From contig JAQBZH010000004.1 in the NCBI GenBank assembly GCA_027622005.1, positions 23,586 through 87,585 on the forward strand: a DNA stretch of 64,000 nt, read 5' to 3'. Shown here piece by piece: positions 20,296-29,782 of this stretch. The notes beneath the pieces are model-generated. The model was not told the DNA's origin, ran no database searches, and was given only the letters and a program-made list of their open reading frames with translations. This stretch comes from Bacteroidota bacterium (GTDB lineage: Bacteria > Bacteroidota > Rhodothermia > Rhodothermales > UBA10348). Position 1 is the first letter of the stretch. Each line of letters begins with the position of its first letter. The translations under genes and the position numbers were made by a program.

Positions 20296-21375
20296 TCAAC
20301 CATTTTTAGATTCAAAATGGCTCATGAAGCTAACCAAGGCTTCAACGGCTTCGACGGGACAGGCATTGTAGATCGAAGCGCGGATGCCACCGGCACTTCT
20401 ATGCCCTTTGAGCGCCAATAGTCCTGCGGCTTCCGCTTGCTTTACAAACTGATTCTCCAGATCCTCGGACGGCAACCGGTAGGTCACGTTCATATTGGAT
20501 CGGGAATCGGACCTCGCCACGCCCTGGTAAAAATCGGTTCGATCAATTTTACTATACAAAAGGCCCGCTTTTTTATCGTTTAACGTCTTCATCGCATCCA
20601 GCCCGCCGAGCCGTTTAATCCATCGCAGGACTTTTTCAACCATATACACGGCAAAAACTGGTGGTGTATGAAACAGTGTTTTCGCATGGGTTCGGTAGTC
20701 AAGCATCGTTGGCAGACCATCCGGGATGCGTTTCAAAAACTCGTTCTTCACGAGCACAACCGTGACTCCCGCAGGACCGATGTTTTTTTGCGCCCCCGCA
20801 TACATCAACCCGTACTTTTCCATTTCGATGGGACGCGATAGAAAGTCGCTGGAAGCGTCACATATCATGGGTACGCTTACCGCTGGGTCGCTCTGAAGCT
20901 GTGTTCCGTAGATGGTATTGTTTGACGTGACATGTAAATAAGCCGATCCTTCGGAAATCTTCCAACTATCTAGCGACGGGATATACGAATGATTTTTATC
21001 GACACTCGACGCCGCAATTCGGGCATCGCCAATTTTTTCAGCCTGTTCGAAAGCACCTTCAGCCCACGTGCCGGTAACCAGATAGTCCGCACACTTTTGG
21101 CCGGTCAGAAAATTTAAGGGCACTTGGTAAAATTGAAGCGAGGCTCCTCCCTGTAAATATAGTATGCTCCAACTGCCGTCGATCCCAAGCAGTTCTCTCA
21201 AAATGGAGTCAGCAGACTCGGTAATGGCGGAATACTGGGGAGATCGGTGGCTTATTTCCATTACCGAGGCTGCCGCATCCTTGTAACATAACATCTCTTC
21301 TTGGGCTTCCTTCAATACGTCTATCGGTAAAGCGCCAGGCCCAGCTGAGAAATTAAACTTCCTTTCCATCATCAC
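20296..21375 (-). CDS. serC: Phosphoserine aminotransferase
   Basis: 359 aa. NFSAGPGALP N-terminus and YAGAQKNIGPAG (PLP lysine region). Confidence 0.9.
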   Translation of the reverse strand: MMMERKFNFSAGPGALPIDVLKEAQEEMLCYKDAAASVMEISHRSPQYSAITESADSILRELLGIDGSWSILYLQGGASLQFYQVPLNFLTGQKCADYLVTGTWAEGAFEQAEKIGDARIAASSVDKNHSYIPSLDSWKISEGSAYLHVTSNNTIYGTQLQSDPAVSVPMICDASSDFLSRPIEMEKYGLMYAGAQKNIGPAGVTVVLVKNEFLKRIPDGLPTMLDYRTHAKTLFHTPPVFAVYMVEKVLRWIKRLGGLDAMKTLNDKKAGLLYSKIDRTDFYQGVARSDSRSNMNVTYRLPSEDLENQFVKQAEAAGLLALKGHRSAGGIRASIYNACPVEAVEALVSFMSHFESKNG

Positions 21376-21447
21376 CTTTCTATTTCGAGTATTCCTATTT
21401 GCGATTTAATCCGTCTTTAAGTCTTCACCAACCTAGCTTTTTCAAGC

Positions 21448-22650
21448 TCAAAGTCGGATCAAACTGACTGCCAATATATCATCAAGAGCGGCAATTTTCT
21501 CAACTACCTTTGCGTCCGGTGTTCCATCAAACCGAATGTATGCACACGCCGCCTTAGCTTCATCAAAAACGACGTTTTCCATTTCCTGAACGTTCCAAGA
21601 AGCAATGCTCATTTCCTTTAAAACGCGAGCCAAGACTCCAACCTTATCGAGATGGCGAACGGTCAATTGATGATTGGCCGGGGACAATTTGGCCAAATTG
21701 ACACAGTTGGGGACTTCTCCAGACTGCGCGTATTTCAAGATGATGCGTCCGGCTTCTTCAGCGATAGCTTCTTGCGCCTGTTCGGTAGATGCTCCAATAT
21801 GATGGGTCAAATAGACGCTAGGATTCGAAGCCAAACTATGTTCAAAAGGTCCGGATTTGATTGTTGGTTCGTTTGAAAACACATCCAGACCAACGCGAAT
21901 CCCCTTTTCGGAGATACATTTGACCATTTCCGCCTCATCTACCACATCGGCACGGGTGGTATTGATAAAAAAGGCCCCAGGCTTCATTGCAGCAAAAAAC
22001 GAGGCGTCAGCCATGTTTTTTGTTTCGGGTGATGATGCAACATGGAGACTGACTATGTCGGCTTGGGCGGCTACTTCGCGAGGGGAGCCGACTTTCTGCA
22101 CACCGAGTTCGGACGCCATCTCTTCCGTCAACGACCGGCTCCACGCAACAATGCTCATTTCGAGTCCTTTTGCGCGCTTGATGACCTCCTTTCCAATACT
22201 TCCGAGGCCGATAACACCCAATGTTTTGCCCTTTACCCCGTTTGCTTCTCCATACTTTTCCTTGTTCCACATGCCGCTACGTGCATCCAAGACGTTGTCG
22301 GGTAGCGATCGGTCCAAAGACAATATCAACCCAATGGTAAGCTCAGCGACCGCGGCAGCGTTCTTTCCAGGACAATTCGCCACAAATACACCGGATCCGG
22401 AAGCAGTACTGACATCGATATTGTCATATCCGGCGCCGGCGCGAACCACCAGTTCAAGGCTCGATGATGCGCTAATGTCGGCAGCGGTCACTTTTGTGGA
22501 CCGTACAACTAAAACCTGGGGTTTGAAGTCCCTTAAGGCTTGGGTCAAGGAGTCGCCCTTTAACTCCGGACGATTCTCCACAATACATTTGCCCAAGGCT
22601 AATTTGACTAGGACAGAATCAGATAGACTATCGGCTAAAAGGACGCGCAT
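21448..22650 (-). CDS. serA: D-3-phosphoglycerate dehydrogenase with a C-terminal regulatory domain
   Basis: 400 aa. GVIGLGSIGKEV NAD-binding fold and the 2-hydroxyacid dehydrogenase motif HIGAST. Adjacent to serC. Confidence 0.85.
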   Translation of the reverse strand: MRVLLADSLSDSVLVKLALGKCIVENRPELKGDSLTQALRDFKPQVLVVRSTKVTAADISASSSLELVVRAGAGYDNIDVSTASGSGVFVANCPGKNAAAVAELTIGLILSLDRSLPDNVLDARSGMWNKEKYGEANGVKGKTLGVIGLGSIGKEVIKRAKGLEMSIVAWSRSLTEEMASELGVQKVGSPREVAAQADIVSLHVASSPETKNMADASFFAAMKPGAFFINTTRADVVDEAEMVKCISEKGIRVGLDVFSNEPTIKSGPFEHSLASNPSVYLTHHIGASTEQAQEAIAEEAGRIILKYAQSGEVPNCVNLAKLSPANHQLTVRHLDKVGVLARVLKEMSIASWNVQEMENVVFDEAKAACAYIRFDGTPDAKVVEKIAALDDILAVSLIRL

Positions 22651-22690
22651 AACTGCAACAATGGCTGGTTAAAAAATGACGGTGTTTCTA

Positions 22691-23899
22691 TTAGAACGTG
22701 TGGACAAGGAATCCGCTTCGAAGTTTGGGCTCGAACCATGTCGATTTCGGAGGCATCAACAGGCCCGCATCTGAAACCTGAACCAATTCTTCTATACTTG
22801 TGGGGTACATCGAGATAGCCAATTGACACAATCCAGAATTGACTAATCGCTCAAGCTCACTAGTGCCTCGAATCCCTCCGACAAAATCAATGTTCAGATC
22901 CGTTCTTGGGTCGGTGATATCTAGCATGGGCTTCAGCACGTAGTCGGTTAACCGGCCCACATCCAGCGAATCAACGGCGGACTGAGTCGCTGGTGCAGGA
23001 AGCGTGAGAGTGTACCAAGCCCCTTTCAAAAATAAGCAGATATCACCCTTTTTTGATGGGACCGGATTCGACGTCGGGCGCATATCAAACCGCGCTTTTA
23101 AATCCGTCAAAAAGGTATCCGCGCCTTTTGGAAGCACTTTGATAACACGGTTATAGGACAGGATTTTCATGTCCCCCATAGGAAAGAGGACGGCCGGGAA
23201 AAAGTTTACTTCATCAGATGAACTCACGGGTTTGCCGGAAGCTAATGCCGCACGACTGGCCGCTTTACAGCGGTGATGGCCGTCCGCAACGTAGTAGTTC
23301 GAAACGTTGTTGAAAGCGCGAACGAGCTCGCTGGGTTCTGAGACTTTCCAAATCGTGTGCTGAACGCCATCCTCGGAGACTAAATCGTACAAGGCCGCCT
23401 GGGTGATGGTGTCCTTGATGATGCCAGCCACCCGCGGGTCGTCCTTAAAGGTCAACATGATGGGCTCAGCGTGAGCTCTTTGCTGGGTAATGTGCCGCGT
23501 CCGATCGTCTTCTTTGGAAGGCCGAGTCAGCTCGTGCTTAAGAATTACATCGTCATCATAATCTTTAACCGAAACGCAGCCAAATACACCCGTTTGGCTC
23601 CTTCCATCCATTATTAAGCGGTAGACGTAGAGCGAAGGCTCAGACTCTGTCACGGTATAGGGGCCGTCAATAAACTTTTGGAGATTTTCAGCGCCCTTAG
23701 CATAAACCTCGTCGTCGTGCTCGTCCATTCCAGCAGGTAAACTGATTTCCGGCCGAATGATGTGCAAGAAACTCAAAGGTTTGCCTTTTGCTAAGTCAAA
23801 TGCTTCTGAAGAATTAATCACATCGTAGGGTACGCATGCGATTTCCTTCGCTTTTTCGGGAAGGGGTCGGACAGCTCGAAATGGATGCAGAATGGCCAT
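22691..23899 (-). CDS. DUF1015-family protein (function unknown)
   Basis: 402 aa. N-terminus MAILHPFRAVRPLPEKAKEIACVPYDVI and YYVADGHHRCKAA are as I recall for DUF1015. Confidence 0.75.
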   Translation of the reverse strand: MAILHPFRAVRPLPEKAKEIACVPYDVINSSEAFDLAKGKPLSFLHIIRPEISLPAGMDEHDDEVYAKGAENLQKFIDGPYTVTESEPSLYVYRLIMDGRSQTGVFGCVSVKDYDDDVILKHELTRPSKEDDRTRHITQQRAHAEPIMLTFKDDPRVAGIIKDTITQAALYDLVSEDGVQHTIWKVSEPSELVRAFNNVSNYYVADGHHRCKAASRAALASGKPVSSSDEVNFFPAVLFPMGDMKILSYNRVIKVLPKGADTFLTDLKARFDMRPTSNPVPSKKGDICLFLKGAWYTLTLPAPATQSAVDSLDVGRLTDYVLKPMLDITDPRTDLNIDFVGGIRGTSELERLVNSGLCQLAISMYPTSIEELVQVSDAGLLMPPKSTWFEPKLRSGFLVHTF

Positions 23900-23984
23900 G
23901 AAATCAATCTAGAGAGCGTTTTAAATTCACCTTTTTCAAAATACAACATGAGACGAACATTAGAGTCCTCTCGATATCTTCTTG

Positions 23985-24014
23985 TTGCGAATCTCTTGTG
24001 AGTGCTTATATTTG
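23985..24014 (+). promoter_or_regulatory. Candidate Bacteroidetes-type sigma-A promoter for tRNA-fMet (TTG - 19 nt - TATATTTG)
   Basis: TTG at 23985-23987, a 19-nt spacer, then TATATTTG at 24007-24014 (TAnnTTTG consensus). The motif ends 11 nt before the mature tRNA 5' end. Confidence 0.45.
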
Positions 24015-24025
24015 AGATTCTAGAT

Positions 24026-24098
24026 CGCGGGGTGGAGCAGCTGGTAGCTCATCGGGCTCATAACCCGGAGGTCGCAGGTTCGAATCCTGCCCCCGCTA
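24026..24098 (+). tRNA. Initiator tRNA-fMet (anticodon CAT)
   Basis: cgcggggtggagcagctggtagctcatcgggCTCATAAcccgg...ttcgaatcctgcccccgcta. It has a C1:U72 mismatch, three G-C pairs closing the anticodon stem, and close similarity to E. coli tRNA-fMet as I remember it. CCA is not encoded. Confidence 0.9.
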
Positions 24099-24107
24099 CA
24101 CTACAAG

Positions 24108-24146
24108 AGGGCCGAAATTGATTAATCAATTTCGGCCCTCTTTTTT
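24108..24146. terminator. Bidirectional terminator: perfect 32-nt palindrome followed by a T-run
   Basis: agggccgaaattgatt/aatcaatttcggccct at 24108-24139, then cTTTTTT. It lies between tRNA-fMet (+) and the 3' end of the patatin gene (-). Confidence 0.7.
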
Positions 24147-24160
24147 AATTAACGCTTTTG

Positions 24161-25339
24161 TTATTTAGCGAGGAAGCGTTCCAATTGACCCCTGTTTCTA
24201 CCAGCATCGGCGTATCCAATTTCGATCAATTTCGACGTATACCCAGGGTCAAAAAGGATCATGGACAGCCAATCAGGGCTTTCGGTGTCTTTGCTGCCAA
24301 GACCCCGTGCAATGAGTTTCAAGACACCTTTCAGGTCTTGCTGATATTCGCTGGATAGCTTGCCCAAGTCTCTGGATGGCCTGATAACGTGGAGATCGAT
24401 TTTTCGCATTCCTAGACGTTTCCAGGGTGCGATTTCCGAAACCAGTTTGTTCATTCGTTCGAGCGTAAGGGCGTCTTGATCCAGCCGATCTAAAAAGATG
24501 GCATTTAAGAGCACCCCGAAAATCTGAGCAGCTGGGGGGTAACCGAGCGTTACCGGGTTTGCGGCTTCGGTCATCGTTCGGGAGTATCTCGTCGAAATGG
24601 CCAGAATTTTATTTGCACCCAGATGAACGGCGGGACTAAGCGGCTCAGCCTGTCGTATCCCTCCATCACCGTACCAATGTTGGTCAATAGGAATAGCAGG
24701 AAAGAGAAAGGGCAGCGACGTGGAAGCCATAATGTGTTCCACCTTCAATTCTATATTGCGACTAATTCTATTGGGTTTCTCCGCCTCTATCATTGGCGCG
24801 CCTTCAACCCATGTTACCGTTTGGCCCGTTGAATAGTCGGTCGTTACGAGGGCACACGCTTTTAATTTCCCCTTTCGAATATTGCGTCCAATTCCAGAAA
24901 TACGCCCATCCGGTGCGTTGAGGATCTTTTTCAGATATTCGGCCAAAGGCTCGGTGTGCACCAATCCAGCCCTCGGCAGCAGCTCATTATCCTTATCTGA
25001 GGTTCTGCGCAAAATGCTCATCAACACATTTAAGCTAGTATTCGCGTGATAAACATCGTCCGCCTTTAAGTTGGCCCATCCCGTATTAAGATGATCGACG
25101 GCTTCCTTGAAAGAACGCTCGTCGTTTGCCAATTGAGCAGCATTTATACTTCCTGCTGAAACACCCGTTATGATATCAAACTGCGGGCTTTCTAAGTGAT
25201 CAGCGATATATTGCAAGACTCCTGCCTGATAGGCGGCCCTAGCCCCTCCACCGCTCATCACCAGGGCAAATGTGGAAGCCGGTTTAGGAGCTCCTAGGGC
25301 AACTTTTATTCGTTCGTAGTGCGGCCAAATGCTTGCCAT
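24161..25339 (-). CDS. Patatin-like phospholipase
   Basis: 392 aa. Oxyanion SGGGARAAYQAG, nucleophile GVSAGS (GxSxG), catalytic DGG. Confidence 0.85.
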   Translation of the reverse strand: MASIWPHYERIKVALGAPKPASTFALVMSGGGARAAYQAGVLQYIADHLESPQFDIITGVSAGSINAAQLANDERSFKEAVDHLNTGWANLKADDVYHANTSLNVLMSILRRTSDKDNELLPRAGLVHTEPLAEYLKKILNAPDGRISGIGRNIRKGKLKACALVTTDYSTGQTVTWVEGAPMIEAEKPNRISRNIELKVEHIMASTSLPFLFPAIPIDQHWYGDGGIRQAEPLSPAVHLGANKILAISTRYSRTMTEAANPVTLGYPPAAQIFGVLLNAIFLDRLDQDALTLERMNKLVSEIAPWKRLGMRKIDLHVIRPSRDLGKLSSEYQQDLKGVLKLIARGLGSKDTESPDWLSMILFDPGYTSKLIEIGYADAGRNRGQLERFLAK

Positions 25340-25429
25340 GATGTGGGTTAGGCCAATGATTTTAGTTCTATCGAATAGTTAAATTCTACGGACGGAGAAA
25401 GTACCAGTTCTAAATGTAACCCAACAGTT

Positions 25430-26353
25430 TTGAAAAGAATCTTATTTGTTTTTTTAGATGGCGTTGGAATTGGCGGGCCCTCATCGCACAATGCGTTTGA
25501 AACACTCGACCTTCCCGGTTGGAGCGCATTGGCGGGCAATCAAAAATGGACGTCTCCCGGATTCAAACCGATTTCTGAACCGAATCGTATCGTACGCCAA
25601 ATTGATGCTACGCTGGGTATCGAAGGACTACCTCAAAGCGGAACGGGCCAATCGAGTCTATTTACAGGCGTGAACTGTGCCACGTTAGCCGGACGGCATT
25701 ATGGCCCCTATCCCCACTCATCTGCCAGATCGGTACTCCGAACCCAAAACATGTTTGTTCAGTGCAAAGAACTTCCAGGTTTACTACCCCCGGCTTTTCT
25801 GAATGCGTTTCCGAAACGATTTTTCGAGGCCGCTAAAAAGCGGGATCGTTGGTCAACCACCACGCGCTGTTGCCTAGATGCTGAAATCCCGCTTAAGACA
25901 TTACATGATCTCGAAAACGGCCGGGCAGTTGCCGCCGATTTGGATGGAAAAGGACTAAGTTTAGTGGCCGGGGCACCTGTTACGACCATTGACATCGACA
26001 CTGTTTCCCAGCGAATGGCCTCCCTTTGCCATAAACAAAGCTTGTCACTTTTTGAGTATTTCTTGACGGACAAGGCAGGGCACTCAGACAATCCCGTCGA
26101 AGTGAAAAACGTGTTGGGGAAATTGGATGAGCTCTTTACGGGCCTCTTGAAGCATCTGGATTTTAATCAGACAACACTCGTAGTGACCAGCGATCACGGC
26201 AACATCGAAGATTTGTCGACCAAATCTCACACACTAAATCCCGTTCCGCTTATTGCTCTCGGCTCCCTGGCCCCTTATTTCAAGGACATCACCGACCTAA
26301 CAGGAGTCACTCCTGCCATAATCTCTGCCCTCAAATCGACGCCCGCTAGTTAG
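25430..26353 (+). CDS. Alkaline-phosphatase-superfamily metalloenzyme (cofactor-independent phosphoglycerate mutase / phosphopentomutase-like)
   Basis: 307 aa with a TTG start. FLDGVGIG, SGTGQ, DKAGH and TSDHGN metal/nucleophile motifs. Confidence 0.6.
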   Translation: MKRILFVFLDGVGIGGPSSHNAFETLDLPGWSALAGNQKWTSPGFKPISEPNRIVRQIDATLGIEGLPQSGTGQSSLFTGVNCATLAGRHYGPYPHSSARSVLRTQNMFVQCKELPGLLPPAFLNAFPKRFFEAAKKRDRWSTTTRCCLDAEIPLKTLHDLENGRAVAADLDGKGLSLVAGAPVTTIDIDTVSQRMASLCHKQSLSLFEYFLTDKAGHSDNPVEVKNVLGKLDELFTGLLKHLDFNQTTLVVTSDHGNIEDLSTKSHTLNPVPLIALGSLAPYFKDITDLTGVTPAIISALKSTPAS

Positions 26354-28562
26354 ACTGGCCTAATTCCAAAAGCAATCGGTCAGCGCGGTATACATATTTC
26401 AAAGCAGCCAAAATAGCCCGAGAATCGACCGACACAGCTCTGGCAGAAGTGGTGTCAAAGACGTATTCGTTGGGTAGCGATTCCAGATTTCCGTCAAATA
26501 TTAAACCTACGACTTCCAGATTGGTATTTAATAGTGGAGACCCGGAATTACCTCCTGTTATATCGTTGGTAGACACCAAATTAATAGGAATATCACCTGG
26601 TATTTCTACTCTGCTGTCTATCCAACTCTGAGGTAGATCCCATTCGGAAAGCGCTTTATTAGCCTCGGAAAGTGCATACAATCCGTTAAAATCAGTAAAG
26701 GCCGGTATCATCGTTCCGTTACTCTGATAGGACGAAACTCGACCGTCGGCCAACCTGAGAGAAAAGGTAGCATCGGGAGGAGATCCTTCCCCGCGTACTG
26801 CGAAACCGGCCATAGCTAGCCGAGCCAGGAAAGCATCCTCGCGATCGCCAAAGGCTCGGAGTTCAGAATCCAGCGTAAAATAAAGAGGAGCGATAGCATT
26901 GATTAGGTTAACTGAGAGGTCATTGCTTGCGAGATAGTTACCATCCAGCAACTTTCGGAATTCCGCAGAATCCGACAAGACCGTTTTACTTACCAAGGAG
27001 TCAGCCAGCTGCTCAATAGTTAATGATCCTAAAATGCGCCGCATTGACGGGTCCGTGGGGCCTAAATAGGTCGAGAAGTCGCGCAATCGGTGCGCAATGA
27101 TGGTTTTTTCAAGCTCTTTGGGCCAGCTTTTAATGGCTAGAGCTTCTTTTCTGATCTCTAAAAGTTGCTCAGGCGGTGCCCCCCGCTGACGAAGTAAAGT
27201 ATAAACATATCCATAAATCGATCGTGTTAGGATGCGAGAGGATACTGAAGGATTTAAAAAGTGATAAAACGCAGCCGCTTTTGATGCGGAAGCCTTTTTT
27301 GAGACCTGTAAGAGTCCGATATCCCGTAAAACGGATCCATACAACTGCGATAAGGAATCGCTAGCTCCGATTTCCTTCTCAAGCTGCAGTTCGGCTGAAT
27401 ACGTTCGGGACAGCACTTCGCCGTCCATCAACCCTTTGTATTGTCCTTCAAGCGCTTTTTGCGTATTTCGGGCACCCATAAGATCGTTCCTGACATCAAA
27501 TGAATCGGCATCGGCCGCGACGGATGAAAGAAATTCAGCCAATACGGCTGTTCGGTCGTCGAGGACTTCGAGCAATCCAGGAAGCTCAATGTCCCGTTGA
27601 TACTCCAACTGATCGACCGTGTGCAAACGGGAGGTTGATCCTGGGTTTCCAACCACAAAAACGGGGTCGCCTTCTTTGACTCCAGTCGTGTTCCAAGTAA
27701 AATATTCGGGAGTAACGCCCACCGAATCTCCCGACCAAATACGGAAGAAGGAGAGATCAAATGTGTGTCGTGGGTAGGTGAAATTGTCCGTATCTCCCCC
27801 GAAATAGCCGATTTTCAGCTCTGGAGCGAACACTAACCGGACATCTGTAAATTTACGATAAGTGTAAAGAGCATATTTCCCACCGGAATACAGTTCGACG
27901 ACCTGGGCTGTCATGGTGGAATCTGCGATTTTTAACTTGTTATTGGTCCGGTTTTCGATGGCCTCTGCCCTTTTGCGCCTTGCTTCTGCTTTTGGACCGG
28001 CCCCGGGCACTTTTTCCGCTGCCTTTAAAACTTCTTCGGAAACGTCTTCTATTGAAATGAGCTGTTCAACATACAAATCTTTGACTTTGCGCTCGAGCGA
28101 ATCGTGACTCGCGTAGTACCCATCATCTAAAAGATTTTCTCCTTTTTTCTGCACGTCGATTATGGACTCCCGTGCGCAGTGGTGATTCGTCATTACGAGC
28201 CCACGAGAAGACACCAATGAAGCCGAACAGGATGTTGAAAAACGGAGAGCTCCGAGACGAGCCTTGTTAAACCACGCGGAATCCGCTGGAATTCCATAGG
28301 TCGATTTCAAATATTCTGCCGGAACGCGGTCGAAGGTCCACATCTTTCCGTCGTCAAATTCGCCGGTCTCTACAATGGGATATCGCGGGGGTATTACCTC
28401 AGAAACGGTTCCCTCAGTGCTGCTATCCCGCTTTGGGGATTCTGACGGAAGCTTTTCAAGCTTACCCTTAACGGTGGCAACTTGAATGGGAGGACTGCAC
28501 GCCGATATGAAGATTAGCAGAACCAGGACACTTTTTAACGATTCGAGTAAGGATCTCAACAT
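26346..28562 (-). CDS. S46-family serine peptidase (dipeptidyl-peptidase 7/11-like), secreted
   Basis: 738 aa. Signal peptide, TNHHCA (His), GGNSGSP (Ser). Confidence 0.85.
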   Translation of the reverse strand: MLRSLLESLKSVLVLLIFISACSPPIQVATVKGKLEKLPSESPKRDSSTEGTVSEVIPPRYPIVETGEFDDGKMWTFDRVPAEYLKSTYGIPADSAWFNKARLGALRFSTSCSASLVSSRGLVMTNHHCARESIIDVQKKGENLLDDGYYASHDSLERKVKDLYVEQLISIEDVSEEVLKAAEKVPGAGPKAEARRKRAEAIENRTNNKLKIADSTMTAQVVELYSGGKYALYTYRKFTDVRLVFAPELKIGYFGGDTDNFTYPRHTFDLSFFRIWSGDSVGVTPEYFTWNTTGVKEGDPVFVVGNPGSTSRLHTVDQLEYQRDIELPGLLEVLDDRTAVLAEFLSSVAADADSFDVRNDLMGARNTQKALEGQYKGLMDGEVLSRTYSAELQLEKEIGASDSLSQLYGSVLRDIGLLQVSKKASASKAAAFYHFLNPSVSSRILTRSIYGYVYTLLRQRGAPPEQLLEIRKEALAIKSWPKELEKTIIAHRLRDFSTYLGPTDPSMRRILGSLTIEQLADSLVSKTVLSDSAEFRKLLDGNYLASNDLSVNLINAIAPLYFTLDSELRAFGDREDAFLARLAMAGFAVRGEGSPPDATFSLRLADGRVSSYQSNGTMIPAFTDFNGLYALSEANKALSEWDLPQSWIDSRVEIPGDIPINLVSTNDITGGNSGSPLLNTNLEVVGLIFDGNLESLPNEYVFDTTSARAVSVDSRAILAALKYVYRADRLLLELGQSN

Positions 28563-28605
28563 TTTCCGGAACCCATCGGGTTTGTTTTGAATTACAGGGC
28601 GCTCT

Positions 28606-28689
28606 GCGAGAGTGGCGGAATTGGCAGACGCGCTAGACTTAGGATCTAGTACCTTAACGGGTGTGAGGGTTCGAGTCCCTCCTTTCGCA
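28606..28689 (+). tRNA. tRNA-Leu (anticodon TAG), type II with a long variable arm
   Basis: gcgagag...ctagaCTTAGGAtctag...gagggttcgagtccctc ctttcgc a. The acceptor stem pairs with one G-U. Confidence 0.9.
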
Positions 28690-28694
28690 CTAAA

Positions 28695-28727
28695 CGTCGA
28701 CTACCTACCGGTGGTCGGCGTTTTTTT
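28695..28727 (+). terminator. Rho-independent terminator after tRNA-Leu
   Basis: 11-bp stem cgtcgactacc/ggtggtcggcg (two G-U pairs), loop tacc, then TTTTTTT. Confidence 0.65.
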
Positions 28728-28768
28728 ATGTGTGCGTCCGCGTGTTCGTCATTGACAGGGAATCGCCC

Positions 28769-29662
28769 TCATTGCATCATATACGAATAATCAGACAGGT
28801 GAGCGGGATCCATTTTTGAAAGGGCGTCGAAAGCCTGCGTGGCTTGGGGAGACGACCTCAATACGTTGGCCAGTTCAAGATATTTTGTGGAGAAAAACTG
28901 ATCGAGGTAGTACGCGCGGCTAACCTCTTCGCGCAGGCTGACCAATCCCTGAACAAGCGTTACAAGCTTGGTTCGAGCGTCGTCAGGATCCTTTACAAAG
29001 TGGTCCAACACGCCAAAGTGGTAGTCAAAATAAAACGATCTCAGGGGTCTGAATCTAGGATCCATGACTTGCGCTATCAACTCGCCACGGCTTTGATCTC
29101 CCCCCAAACTGGCCCACCCGACCGCGCTGGAAGACTGCGCCATTTCGGCAATTCGCCGTGCCGCCTCAAAATGTGTTTGACCGCCCTGGGAATCAAACGT
29201 GTCATAATCAAAGCCTAACATCAAGTGAGCGTAAAAATTCAAGATGCTGGTTAGAGGATGATATCGATCCGGATCGTAGGTAAGGGGCGTGCCCTGTGAA
29301 TACTCAAACTGCAAATCCTCGTCGTTTATCTGGAGAACCGTAGTCTGTTGAGCAGTCCCATAGATTGGCCGCCGAGACGCCAAAATCAGTTTCGCCCGAA
29401 AGCGGGTGAGCGAAATAGCTTCGGTAAACACGATCGACATCGTGCAGTCGATTCGCTCTTCTTCTTCAAATCGATCCTCAGTCCATTGTCGCTTATTGAC
29501 ATACTCCGCGGCCCTTTCCTTCATCTCCTGCAAAAAGGAGTAGTCTGAACCGGCGAGAGATTGGTAATTGACGGTAACGGTGCAATTGAATTCTTGCCCG
29601 AGCGCTCCCTGAGGTATTTCGAGCAAAAAAAGCAGGCCAAAAGCCAAAAAGAATTTCTTCAT
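28769..29662 (-). CDS. DUF4835-family secreted protein (some databases link this family to type IX secretion; not verifiable here)
   Basis: Start placed at MKKFFLAFGLLFLLEIPQGALGQ (ATG 29662), which gives a signal peptide. FNCTVTVNYQSL... matches my memory of the DUF4835 N-terminus. Confidence 0.7.
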   Translation of the reverse strand: MKKFFLAFGLLFLLEIPQGALGQEFNCTVTVNYQSLAGSDYSFLQEMKERAAEYVNKRQWTEDRFEEEERIDCTMSIVFTEAISLTRFRAKLILASRRPIYGTAQQTTVLQINDEDLQFEYSQGTPLTYDPDRYHPLTSILNFYAHLMLGFDYDTFDSQGGQTHFEAARRIAEMAQSSSAVGWASLGGDQSRGELIAQVMDPRFRPLRSFYFDYHFGVLDHFVKDPDDARTKLVTLVQGLVSLREEVSRAYYLDQFFSTKYLELANVLRSSPQATQAFDALSKMDPAHLSDYSYMMQ

Positions 29663-29782
29663 TACGCATTTCGAGGTAACTGTTCGCTTCTTACAGGGTC
29701 CGTGAGTTACGGTTTCCACTTTTAAGAGTCATTCTGATGAACCGAAAAAATTGGAGGCTGAGGGGTGAGGCAGGGTAGCCGG

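Noticed and set aside
21857-22672. 271-aa + strand ORF
   Set aside because: It is entirely antisense to serA, which has clear NAD-binding and dehydrogenase motifs. It is low-complexity (Ser/Thr/Ala-rich) with no motif, so it is a shadow ORF.
24026-28689. Genomic island integrated at tRNA-fMet or tRNA-Leu
   Set aside because: There is no integrase, I could find no direct repeat of either tRNA 3' end, and the enclosed genes (patatin, AlkP-fold enzyme, S46 peptidase) show no obvious compositional break.
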